Shown here: positions 35,566 to 52,421 of the stretch, piece by piece
Numbering within the stretch: position 1 is the first letter of the stretch
Layout of the letters: the number at the start of each line of letters is the position of its first letter
DNA from: Eledone cirrhosa
Taxonomy: Eukaryota
NCBI GenBank assembly: GCA_964016885.1
Contig: OZ024741.1
Coordinates: 368,280,001-368,344,000, forward strand
Direction: 5' to 3'
DNA length: 64,000 nucleotides
The notes under the pieces: model-generated
Databases searched by the model: none
The model's input: only the letters and a program-made list of their open reading frames with translations
What the model was told of the DNA's origin: nothing
Translations under genes and position numbers: made by a program

Positions 35566-36852
35566 ACTAGGGCTTTAACACCCCAGTTGCCGATTTTGCA
35601 ATGGGTAACCCCTGCTTGCCAAGGAAGACGTAAGATCTTCTTTGTATTCTTTTATCGCATCCTTTATTTCCTTCCCCCCTCTCTCCTTTGTCCTTCTACC
35701 CCAGCTCTTCTCCTTTGTCGGCGTCTTTTCTCGCCCACCCGAGGCTGCCCTTTGGCCCCATGTAGCCTTAGTACCCCCACTCCCCCCTCCCCTAGTCTTT
35801 GATAGATTTGGCGGACTCCGCCCTTTATAGCAGTTGGCTTAGACCCCGGATACTTGCCCCCCTTTTCCGACCGCTCCCACTATTCTCTGTGCCCTCTTTA
35901 TTTCTTAGTGGCACTTATGCCCTATTTCTTCGTTTCAGTATTTCTTGCTTCGCTTTTCTTCTGGGCGGGGTGGATTCTGAACTTATTTCTCCGTATTCTA
36001 CCTTTATTTCGTACGAACTTTCATGTAGCTTGTTTTAGATCTTTTAGAGTTAGCATTAGTATATATTTTTCCCGGGACTCAGAATTATTATGTCGTACAA
36101 GTTCACTTTGCTGCACTGGGTCGTTGCTGGCCCGGGATGGAAACCTTTATTGTTTATTTCGTGGTAGTCTCTTTAGTATTTTGGCCCCTTTTGTTGACCA
36201 GTCACCGTATCATTTACGTACTTATACCTCTTAAAAGGGTCCTTGCTTAATTCGTCCCACCTAGTTCTTTTACTTATTTCCTTATTTATTTATTTATTTA
36301 TTTATTTACTTCTTTCTTTCTTTCTTTATTTTATTCTCGCCTAACAATAGCCTGACACCTAGGTCGTAGAATTTAATTTTTTCTTTACACTTTTTTGCTT
36401 TTCTTCACTCTCAGTATTTTTTCTTTCCTATTTTTACCCCCCATTGTTCTACCTACCGTTCCGACTTCCTCCCCCTCCCCCTCCCCTGTATCTTCTTTGA
36501 CCTCATGCCCAGCTGTAGCTGGCACTACCAACGCTTGATTGGGTCTACTCCACCCCCTCCCCTCTTTCTCCTACTGGCAGGTTTAGCCACCATCTCCCCT
36601 ACTAATTTGCAACCACAGAATTACTACTGATTTTTGACAATCACTTTGACCATATATGGAATTACCCCTTGAGAAGATCGGCTATTTAAATACCAGGATA
36701 AATGTTCATTTAGTCCAGAATTAGCCGTCGAAACGGCTTGAGCTCAGCTGTCGGGGTCTTACTGGTTCCTATTACCCACTCTACTACCTCAAGTATTGAG
36801 TACTTTGGTGCGTTATGGTCCACCTGGTTCCTTACCACATTTCCTTCGTTAT

Positions 36853-37297
<445 letters not shown>

Positions 37298-37463
37298 TAA
37301 CTGCTCTGTAAAACAACTGATGTTATTACATTGAGCTATTTATCTTACTGATAATAGGATAGTAATTAATGACTATCTTTCACTATTTAGGGTTTGTATA
37401 TATAATATATTACCATTAAAGGTTTTATTGCATACATAACCATAAATAGTACCCTTAATACTA
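37298..37463 (+). ncRNA. Stand-alone structured ~165-nt tail element (homolog of 41376-41540)
   Basis: Colinear with 41376-41540 (taactgctctgtaaa...cataaccataaatagta...taatacta); three hairpins. Confidence 0.6.
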
Positions 37464-37467
37464 TATG

Positions 37468-37540
<73 letters not shown>

Positions 37541-37611
37541 GAACTTTTTTTGTTTAATATAAGGAACTGTTTCATTGTTTTATTCATTATTTTTTTAATA
37601 TTTTATATATG

Positions 37612-37664
<53 letters not shown>

Positions 37665-37685
37665 GTATCTATATACATATATATG

Positions 37686-37740
<55 letters not shown>

Positions 37741-37749
37741 ATGTATATA

Positions 37750-39278
37750 TGTATTTTGTTAGAGATGCCTACTGGCTGGAGTAGGTTTTACTATATATTT
37801 AGGTAAGGCGGGTCTTCTCTGTTACTGAGTACCGCCAAAGGTCTCGGTCCAGTGACATTGTCTTGGAGAGGTGTAAGTGTGTGATGTCGGAGTTTATCAG
37901 CTCGTCCCAGGTTTTTCTAGGTCTGCCTATTCCGTGACTACCGTCTATCTTTATTGCCCTGCACTTTGTTATACAGCTATCGACTTTCATGCGCATCACG
38001 TGTCCATACCAACGTAGCCTTCTCTCGAGTAAACAACATCTGATCCCTCTTATCTCTAATTTTTTCCTTAGTTCGTTTATGCTTTGCCGTTCACGTATAT
38101 TACTGTTACACATCCAGCGGAGCATGCAAGCTTCGTTCCTCTCTAGTCTGCGTATATCCTCTGCACACAATGCCCAGGTCTCACTGCCATGCAGCATTGC
38201 TGTTCGTATGCAGGCATCGTACAACCTGCCTTTCATTTTTAGTGAGAACCCTTTAGCAGCTAATAGTGGTATAAGCTCTCTGAACTTTTTCCAACCAGTT
38301 CTGACTCTAGCTACAGTACTTTCAGAGCACCCTCCCCCACTGCTGATTTTATCGCCCAGGTAACGGAAGCTGTCCACTATTTCTATAGAACCCTCTGCGC
38401 AATTGAAAGAGCTAGTAGTTTGTGGGCACTTGCTGCTACTTATTGCACCAGAGCACCGGCCACATGTAAAATCTATGTTCTTAGTTAGCTTACCTGTGAT
38501 CCCACTACATCTTTTATGCACCCATACTTTGCATTTAGGACATAAAATGGAGTTTCTACCTACGCCTTTCCTACACACCGAGCACGACCATTTCCCAGAA
38601 GGGACCGCCGCCTTGTTTTCTTTCCTACAAACTAGTACTTTGGTCTTAGCCAGGTTAATTTTAAGTCCTTTTGACTCTAGGCCGTGCTTCCATGTTTGGA
38701 ATTTCTTCTCTAGCTCGGCCATTGATTCCGCTATGAGTGTCAGGTCGTCTGCGTATAGGAGTTCCCATGGGCAGCCTGTCTTGAACTCCTCTGTTATAGC
38801 CTGAAGGGCAATAATAAATAGTAGTGGACTGAGAACAGAGCCCTGATGGACGCCGACTTTTACGCTAAACTCTTCACTATATTCGTTGTTAATTCTAACC
38901 TTGCTGACTGTTTCTTTATACATGGCTTGTATAGCCCTCACAAGCCATTCGTCAACGCCTAGTTTTCTAAGAGCCCACCAGATAATGGAGCGGGGGACTC
39001 TGTCGAAGGCTTTCTCCAAGTCGACAAAAGCTAAGTAGAGGGGTTTACCTTTAGCTAGGTACTTCTCCTGTAGTTGTCGTACTATGAAAAGAGCGTCTGT
39101 GGTACTTTTGCCTGACACAAACCCGAACTGCATTTCATCTAGGTCAATTCTCTCTCTGATTAGTTGCGCTATTACTCTTTCCGTGACCTTCATGACCTGG
39201 TCGATTAATTTAATGCCTCTATAGTTACTCCTATCTAGGGCGTCTCCTTTACCCTTATAACAGTTAACGATGATGCTA
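37750..39278 (-). mobile_element. RTE LINE copy, truncated at both ends; RT ORF open 37799-39277
   Basis: Protein near-identical to 52805 and 61580 copies; lacks most of 3' UTR. Confidence 0.93.
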
Positions 39279-39304
39279 TATATATATATATGTATATATA
39301 TATG

Positions 39305-39401
<97 letters not shown>

Positions 39402-39496
39402 ATATGTATGTATATATGTATATATGTATATATATGTATATATGTATATGTATATATGTATATATGTATATGTATATATGTATATATTTATATATG

Positions 39497-39569
<73 letters not shown>

Positions 39570-39604
39570 ATATATATATATGTATATATATATATGTATA
39601 TATG

Positions 39605-39635
<31 letters not shown>

Positions 39636-39840
39636 GTATTTATATATATGTATATATATATATATGTATTTATATATATGTATATATATATATATGTATT
39701 TATATATATGTATATATGTATATATATATATGTATATATATATATGTATATATGTATATATATATGTATATATGTATATATATGTATATATGTATATATA
39801 TGTATATATGTATATATGTATATATGTAAATGTATATATG
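39279..39840. repeat. (TA)n tract, TG-type
   Basis: Direct. Confidence 0.97.
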
Positions 39841-39877
39841 TATGAAATATAAGAATCAAAGAACTGTTCAAAACATT

Positions 39878-39930
39878 ATTGTGCTTACAGCTGTTTCCTC
39901 CAAACCGAGGTTTGGATTCTTCGGAGCAAT
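39878..39930 (-). ncRNA. Minimal hammerhead ribozyme (U4C variant), left arm
   Basis: Reverse complement of 41286-41338. Confidence 0.75.
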
Positions 39931-41285
39931 TTATTAATGCATGGACAGTTATATGACCTCCTTTTCAGCCGAGAGACATACCAATACATATTCAAACATT
40001 GTGGGTCAACATTCATTACAGAATTTAGAGTGGCAGTACACACTTCGAGATTACATTTATATTAATAGGTACAATCAAAAATCAAAGATATAGGTTAAAG
40101 TACAACATGAAGATAAGTGGTTATATAGTGCAAATGTTATATGTGTGGCACGCATGTGCGTCTTGTTTATATAGTGTGGCAGAGAGATATGTGTGGTAGA
40201 GGCACTTAGGTAGGTAAATAAGAGTGTTAGGTTGGTAGATCTGGTGGCAAAGTCTTTATATGATTGATATAGTCTGTGTGTGGAGAAATATTATAAGCAT
40301 TAAAGATAGTGCAAGCATTAAAAGTGTTATAAGTATTGGAGATGCACAGCGCAGGGATGTCAAGTAATTCATGTACTTCGGCATTTTCATGGTCAAGGGA
40401 GTGTATATTTCGATTATATGCCTTTCACATAATCCACGACAATCCAGTTAGAGATCGTAGTCTGGTGTTCTTTAGTTCGATACAGGAGGTTGTTACGTTT
40501 CGAGAAACGCCATTGAATACCGGAAGTGTGTGTGGCTAAGGGGAGTTAATGCATGCGGGGAGGTAACTCTGGGGTTTCTATATCTAGCCATTAAAATGTG
40601 TCCCAATATAGACCCTAAATTCTATGGTGAGGTGCACCTTCCAAGAGAGACTTTTAAAGCATAAAGTGTACTAACTATAGAGTAGTTTAACTAAATTATG
40701 CTGAAGGTGATCATATTATTATTAAGGTGGATTAACCCATCATAAGGTGCTACAAATGGAAATTATAGATGATGAGCGAGGATTCTAAATTAATGATCTC
40801 TGTGGTTGTAGTCTGCTCATATGACCAGGCGCGGTGATTGCAGGATTGCTTCAGGACCCAATGATCTCTGGTAAGATCTGGGTCATCACTTGCTACATTG
40901 GATGTCGAAAGATAATCGTCCCCAGGCAGGCCAAAGGTCAATCCGCAGTCCTCGCGGATCTACCAACCTAACACTCTTATTTACCTACCTAAGTGCCTCT
41001 ACCACACATATCTCTCTGCCACACTATATAAACAAGACGCACATGCGTGCCACACATATAACATTTGCACTCTATAACCACTTATCTTCATGTTGTACTT
41101 AAACCTATATCTTTGATTTTTGATTGTACCTATTAATATAAATGTAATCTCGAAGTGTGTACTGCCACTCTAAATTCTGTAATGAATGTTGACCCACAAT
41201 GTTTGAATATGTATCAATGTTTGAATATGTATTGGTATGTCTCTCGGCTGAAAAGGAGGTCATATAACTGTCCATGCATTAATAA

Positions 41286-41338
41286 ATTGCTCCGAAGAAT
41301 CCAAACCTCGGTTTGGAGGAAACAGCTGTAAGCACAAT
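41286..41338 (+). ncRNA. Minimal hammerhead ribozyme (U4C variant), right arm
   Basis: tgct-CCGAAGA-a-tccaaacc(tc)ggtttgga-g-GAAA-cagctg-TA-agca; palindromic stem III as in dimeric PLE hammerheads. Confidence 0.78.
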
Positions 41339-41540
41339 AATGTTTTGAACAGTTCTTTGATTCTTATATTTCATATAACTGCTCTGTAAATCATCTGATG
41401 TTTTTACATTGAGCTACTTAACTTACTGGTAATAAGGTAGTAATACATTACTGCCTACCACTATTTAGGGTGTGTGTAAAATACTTACAACTGCTTAAGG
41501 TTTTGTGTTTACATAACCATAAATAGTATAACTAATACTA

Positions 41541-45940
<4,400 letters not shown>

Positions 45941-47029
45941 TAATAATAATAATATTGAAGACTAAAATCCAAAGAGGGCTCGATAAGGAAAATATATATC
46001 AAATATATAAGAACCGTAGAGCAAATATTTATTAAAATAACAGATTAAAGTTTAAGCAAAGAATCGCTGCTTTCACCCTTAACGGGATCTTCTGAAACTA
46101 ACAAAGTCAATCTGTAAACGCAGAACTGGATATTTCATAAAACGTTGCAACCGTAGGAAGACAGGAAGACGATACTTTGGTTCGTGGTAACATTCGCTGC
46201 CAAAGAACGGGAAAAAACGAATAATACGTCATTAATAGGAGCGGTGAAAAACAATTACGCGCAAAGACAGAACCACGTTTATGGTATAAAAGAGGTCGTA
46301 GACTAATGTTCTCTTAGGTGGTGCATAGAGACGTTCTCTGGCAATGAACGAAAAAACGAATATAATAAGTCATATGTGGAGCGTGGAGAACAATAGCACG
46401 CAAAGACAAAACCACGTAAATGGTATAGCAGAAGTCGTAGACTAAAATTCTAACTAGGAGACCAAATGAATCTCCGCTACAGAGTTAAGAACAAAGTAAA
46501 TAAATACAATACAGAAGTAATAGAAACAAATAAATACATACACGCAAACAGATACGTACATACACAAGCATATGCAAAACCTTACCATAGGTATACAAAA
46601 CCACGCACATATAAATGTGTGTGTGTGTGTGTATGCTTGTGTACAAATAAATAAATAATTATATAAACGTATATAAGTAAATAAATACGTATATAACAAG
46701 CGCACACACATACCTACATATAAATACATGAATGTTCGGAGACGTAAGTCAACTAAAACAAGAAGTACACATATACACACACCCACCATACGTACGAACC
46801 TGCATACTCACGCAGACGCAAAACTCCCGTATACACATAGCCAAACCCTAAATACCAGAATATGTAAAAATTATACGCCATAACAGTCAAATATACGTAC
46901 GAGAAGGTATACATACCTTCACAAAACATACGGGTAATATATACTTACCTATGCAAATAAGTAAAGGAATAAACAAAACATATACTTAGCTCCCACATCA
47001 AGACGTAAAATATCCACGTATAGATCGTG

Positions 47030-49128
47030 CTATCCGTTGGGGTATAACTTGGGGCTGTAATACAGGAAAGTTTTGTGCAATTTATGTTTACAAGCCGAAA
47101 TTGCCTCAGATGTTTTGTTTAAGATGTGGTCTGTGGCGTAGAGTATTTCCAGGGCCTCAGCGGCACAGAGGTCACATGGTCTTTTATTTCCGTTATACAA
47201 TCTAGCCCTAGCTAGGATCTCCCAGTGTAACTTATATTGGGTGTGGTTGTCTTTTAGACTCCAGATATAAGCTGAAAGTGACGTCATATTCCTTCTTAGA
47301 GGGTAACGAAAAGAATGGGTATGCATGTAAAGACGCTGCTTGAAACTATTGGCGGTTAACCCTATGTAGGCCCTACGGGACGTGGGTGTTACAACCTTAC
47401 ATTTGTAGACAATGTTACTAGAGAGGCATTTCCCGGATAGGGAGCAATCAGCCCGATTCCTACAATTACAGTTAGTACTAACTACAGGGTTGCACGTGTT
47501 CCTACGGCTAGGTAGTTTAGCTAAATTTGAAGCTGTGATGTTATGTGCAAGGTTAGGAGTCGTAGAGTAAGAAATTTTAATAGTATTTCTATTAAAGATT
47601 TTACTATATTTATGTGTAGGGGGAAAATGCTTCGTAATAAGGGAAAGAAAGATCTTAGCTAATGGTGTGGCCACCTCCATATTATATGGTGGGTTAAACC
47701 AACAAATGCGACGAGATCTATTTCTTCTAGGTCTATTTTCGTACTCTGTATATGCTACCTTATCGACAAATCCACTTCGAGCAAGAGCTTCATTGTAATA
47801 AGTGGAATGGTCGTTGAAAATGCGCTCGTTGGTGGAAAGACGGGAAAGCCTCAACGAAACGTTTCTTACCAGGTTCTTGGTTATGCTGGCAGGATGGTTG
47901 GAATGCTTACTTATGTAATTAAGCGTATCATTCGGCTTTCTATACGGGTAATACAACCCATTCAATAAATTGAGGGTAACGTCGAGGTAATTAACGACCG
48001 AGAGATTGGCCTCAACCTGTATAGAGAGGTTGAAGCCTTTAAAGAAGGCTGTGAGTTCTTTTCTGAACCTGTCGCAAGCGCGAGGTCCGCACTTAGTCAT
48101 GGTCAAAAGACCATCGTCACGGTACAAACCACCGCCTGCGTAGGGGAATTCGTCCTTGATAGAGAAAAGAAGGAAAAGGCCAATAAGATCAGTAACCTCC
48201 GCAGAGTCACTGGCGCCCATACTCACGTCGAATGGGGTACTATTGGATTTTTTAATCCAAATAGAGTCGTCGAAATTAATCACCCACTTTCGGGCATTAA
48301 GGATGACATCAACTTCAAAATCCTTAACCACTGTGAGTGTTTTAGCGAAATTTATAGCTCTAAGGAGATGATGTCGAATTGGATAAAACGGGAATGTTCC
48401 TTGTTACATATGCCGTTGAACCAATCAATCACCGCGAAAGAATTGTTCCACAGTGCGAGAGGGGCCAAACTTCTAATTTCAGGTATAATTCTATCAAGAA
48501 TCGTTTTACTAAGTCTACCTAAATCGGACTTCGTAGGGTTAATAAGCCGAATAGAGGGGCTGTTCGGAAAATTGGATTTGTGATCCTTCAGGGTAAAGTG
48601 GGGAGAGATAGGGTCCAGAGGTTCGGTCCGGTCCAGGATGTTGAGATCAGATGTGATTTTAAACCCAGCATCGTTGATTTCATTGATGACGCACCGATTA
48701 GTTTTACGGTAATCCTTAGTTACAGCATTATGTAGTAGTTGATGGTAAGTACTGCGCTCCACTTGATATAGGTTGCCAGTTTTGTCGGAATGGACGTGCA
48801 CGGCGTTAGAATCCTTAATAGAACGAATTCTATTCTTCAGGTTTTGCTGGAAGGAATTGCTCCTATTCCGAAATTTGATATTCCGAATGAGTTCCAAGAC
48901 ATCATTTTCGAAGGGTAGCAATGCTGGGTTCCACGGAGAGTTATTATAGGTTTCAAATCCAAATTTATCCTGTTTGTTGTCTGCTTTTCGCAGATTATCG
49001 AAATAAAAGGCACGCCAACGCAACCTTTTAATGAACGCGTCTGTTTTCTGTATCAGGAGTTTTAGGTATGTTTTCCTGCTTGGTACGGGTATGTTCTTTG
49101 TAGAAATATTCAGATGTTGTTTCTGCAT
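47030..49128 (-). pseudogene. Naiad-B full-length ORF broken by a small frameshifting deletion near 48365
   Basis: N-terminus STKNIP.P..Y..LI.K...FIKRLRWRA; QFDI lacks the following YYxSI segment; GLYRDD, WFNPP, YIGLT, CDLC. Confidence 0.92.
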
Positions 49129-50254
49129 GATGAATATAAGTCAGTAGAGTGCTCAACGGAAGGAGCCAAATAGTAATAATAATAAAATTGAAGACTAAAA
49201 TCCAAAAAGGGCTCGATAAGGAAAATATATATCAAATATATAAGAACCGTAGAGCAAATATTTATTAAAATAACAGATTAAAGTTTAAGCAAGGAATCAC
49301 TGCTTTCACCATTAACGGGATCTTCTGAAACTAACAAAGTCAATCTGTAAACGCAGAACTGGATATTTCAAAAAACGTTGCAACCGGAGGAAGACAGGAA
49401 GACGATACTTTGGTTCGTGGTAACGTTCGCTGGCAAAGAACGGGAAAAAACGAATAATACGTCATTAATAGGAGCGGTGAAAAACAATTACGCGCAAAGA
49501 CAGAACCACGTTTATGGTATAAAAGAGGTCGTAGACTAATGTTCTCTTAGGTGGTGCATAGAGACGTTCTCTGGCAATGAACGAAAAAACGAAGATAATA
49601 AGTCATATGTGGAGCGTGGAGAACAATAGCACGCAAAGAAAAAACCACGTAAATGGTATAGCAGAAGTCGTAGACTAAAATTCTAACTAGGAGACCAAAT
49701 GAATCCGCTACAGAGTTAAGAACAAAGTAAATAAATACAATACAGAAGTAATAGAAACAAATAAATACATACACGCAAACAGATACGTACATACACAAGC
49801 ATACGCAAAACCTTACCATAGGTATACAAAACCACGCACATATAAATATGTGTGTGTATGCTTGTGTACAAATAAATAAATAATTATATAAACGTTTATA
49901 AGTAAATAAATACGTATATAACAAGCGCACACGCATACCTACATATAAATACACGAATGTTCGGAGACGTAAGTCAACTAAAACAAGAAGTACACATATA
50001 CACACACCCACCATACGTACGAACCTGCATACTCACGCAGACGCAAAACTCCCGTATACGCATAGCCAAACCCTAAATACCAGAATATGTAAAAATTATA
50101 CGCCATAACAGTCAAATATACGTGCGAGAAGGTATACATACCTTCACAAAACATACGGGTAATATATACTTACCTATGCAAATAAGTAAAGGAATAAACA
50201 AAACATATACTTAGCTCCCACATCAAGACGTAAAATATCCACGTATAGATCGTG

Positions 50255-51484
50255 CTATCCGTTAGGGTATAACGTGGGGCTGTAATACAGGAAAGTTTTG
50301 TGCAATTTATGTTTACAAGCCGAAATTGCCTCAGATGTTTTGTTTAAGATGTGGTCTGTGGCGTAGAGTATTTCCAGGGCCTCAGCGGCGCAGAGGTCAC
50401 ATGGTCTTTTATTTCCGTTATACGATCTAGCCCTAGCTAGGATCTCCCAGTGTAACTTATATTGGGTGTGGTTGTCTTTTAGACTCCAGATATAAGCTGA
50501 AAGTGACGTCATATTCCTTCTTAGAGGGTAACGAAAAGAATGGGTATGCATGTAAATCGCTGCTAGAAACTATTGGCGGTTAACCCTATGTAAGCCCTAC
50601 GGGACGTGGGTGTTAAAACCTTACATTTGTAGACAATGTTACTAGAGAGGCATTTCCCGGATAGGGGGCAATCAGCCCGATTCCTACAATTACAGTTAGT
50701 ACTAACTACAGGGTTGCACGTGTTCCTACGGCTAGGTAGTTTAGCTAAATTTGAAGCTGTGATGTTATGTGCAAGGTTAGGAGTCGTAGAGTAAGAAATT
50801 TTAATAGTATTTCTATTAAAGATTTTACTATATTTATGTGTAGGGGGAAAATGCTTCGTAATAAGGGAAAGAAAGATCTTAGCTAATGGTGTGGCCACCT
50901 CCATATTATATGGTGGGTTAAACCAACAAATGCGACGAGATCTATTTCTTCTAGGTCTATTTTCGTACTCTGTATATGCTACCTTATCGACAAATCCACT
51001 TCGAGCAAGAGCTTCATTGTAATAAGTGGAATGGTCGTTGAAAATGCGCTCGTTGGTGGAAAGACGGGAAAGCCTCAACGAAACGTTTCTTACCAGGTTC
51101 TTGGTTATGCTGGCAGGATGGTTGGAATGCTTACTTATGCAATTAAGCGTATCATTCGGCTTTCTATACGGATAATACAACCCATTCAATAAATTGAGGA
51201 TAACGTCGAGGTAATTAACGACCGAGAGATTGGCCTCAACCTGTATAGAGAGGTTGAAGCCTTTAAAGAAGGCTGTGAGTTCTTTTCTGAACCTGTCGCA
51301 AGCGCGAGGTCCGCACTTAGTCATGGTCAAAAGACCATCGTCACGGTACAAACCACTGCCCGCGTTGGGGAATTCGTCCTTGATAGAGAAAAGAAGGAAA
51401 AGGCCAATAAGATCAGTAACCTCTGCAGAGTCACTGGCGCCCATACTCACGTCGAATGGCGTACTATTGGATTTTTTAATCCAA
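50255..51484 (-). pseudogene. Naiad-B upstream 5'-truncated copy with nonsense mutation
   Basis: TANSF* at 50563 where the downstream copy reads SFK. Confidence 0.9.
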
Positions 51485-51778
51485 CGGGAAATGCCTCTCT
51501 AGTAACATTGTCTACAAATGTAAGGTTTTAACACCCACGTCCCGTAGGGCTTACATAGGGTTAACCGCCAATAGTTTCTAGCAGCGATTTACATGCATAC
51601 CCATTCTTTTCGTTACCCTCTAAGAAGGAATATGACGTCACTTTCAGCTTATATCTGGAGTCTAAAAGACAACCACACCCAATATAAGTTACACTGGGAG
51701 ATCCTAGCTAGGGCTAGATCGTATAACGGAAATAAAAGACCATGTGACCTCTGCGCCGCTGAGGCCCTGGAAATACTC

Positions 51779-51871
<93 letters not shown>

Positions 51872-52005
51872 GTATATATATGTATATATGTATATATATA
51901 TATCTATATATATGTATATATATATATATATGTATATATATGTATATATGTATATATATATATATATGTATATATATATGTATATATATATATATGTATA
52001 TATAT

Positions 52006-52350
52006 GGAGGCACATGGCTTAGTGGTTAGAGCATTGGCCTTGCAATCGAAAGGTTGTGAGTTCAATTCTCAGACCGGGTGGTGTGTTGTTTCCTTGAGCA
52101 AGACACTTTATTTCAAATTGCTCCAGTTTACTCAGCTGTAGAAATGAGATGATAGGGACTGAGGTCCCTATCATTCCACTGCAAAGTGGTCGTGTAGGTG
52201 CCACGGCAAAAAAGCACCCAGCACTCACTGTAAATGAGGTTGGTGTTAGGAAGGGCATCCAGCTGTAGAAATCAAGCCAGAATCAGTTCCCGTCCCACCC
52301 TTGCAAGCAGGGAAAAGCGGACGTAAAATGAAATGATGAATGATGATGAT
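52006..52350 (+). mobile_element. Full-length tRNA-derived SINE with RTE 3' tail
   Basis: A box TGGCTTAGTGG 52015-52025, B box GAGTTCAATTC 52058-52068, central ccttgagcaagacacttt, tail homologous to RTE 3' UTR, (GAT)n end. Confidence 0.92.
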
Positions 52351-52421
52351 ATATATGTATATATGTATATATATATATGTATATATATATATGTATATAT
52401 ATGTATATATATGTATATATA

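Larger units (their letters stand above)
39841..41540 (+). mobile_element. Non-coding PLE-like inverted-repeat element with hammerheads and structured tail
   Basis: 39841-40241 inverted versus 40957-41375; unique core 40242-40956 with no recognisable ORF; tail 41376-41540. Confidence 0.8.
45941..51780 (-). mobile_element. Naiad-type PLE B: partial tandem plus 5' inversion
   Basis: Direct repeat of ~1.08-kb UTR (45941-47029, 49174-50254) and ORF 3' part; 51485-51780 inverted versus 50364-50659. Confidence 0.93.

Noticed and set aside
36716-36770. Hammerhead in the Naiad-A pseudo-LTR (cgaaacgg)
   Set aside because: Only a hairpin agccgt-cgaa-acggct; no CUGANGA-like core with a matching stem I found.
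39841-41375. DNA transposon (MITE) with long TIRs and TA target duplication
   Set aside because: Hammerheads plus a one-sided tail fit PLE inverted pseudo-LTRs better; not fully excluded without a copy survey.
37386-41471. TTTAGGG in both copies of the 165-nt module as a telomerase-RNA or telomere link
   Set aside because: Single unit inside a paired helix; no 1.5-repeat template or H/ACA end visible.
52006-52080. tRNA gene
   Set aside because: A/B boxes are followed by a SINE body and LINE tail; no complete acceptor stem.
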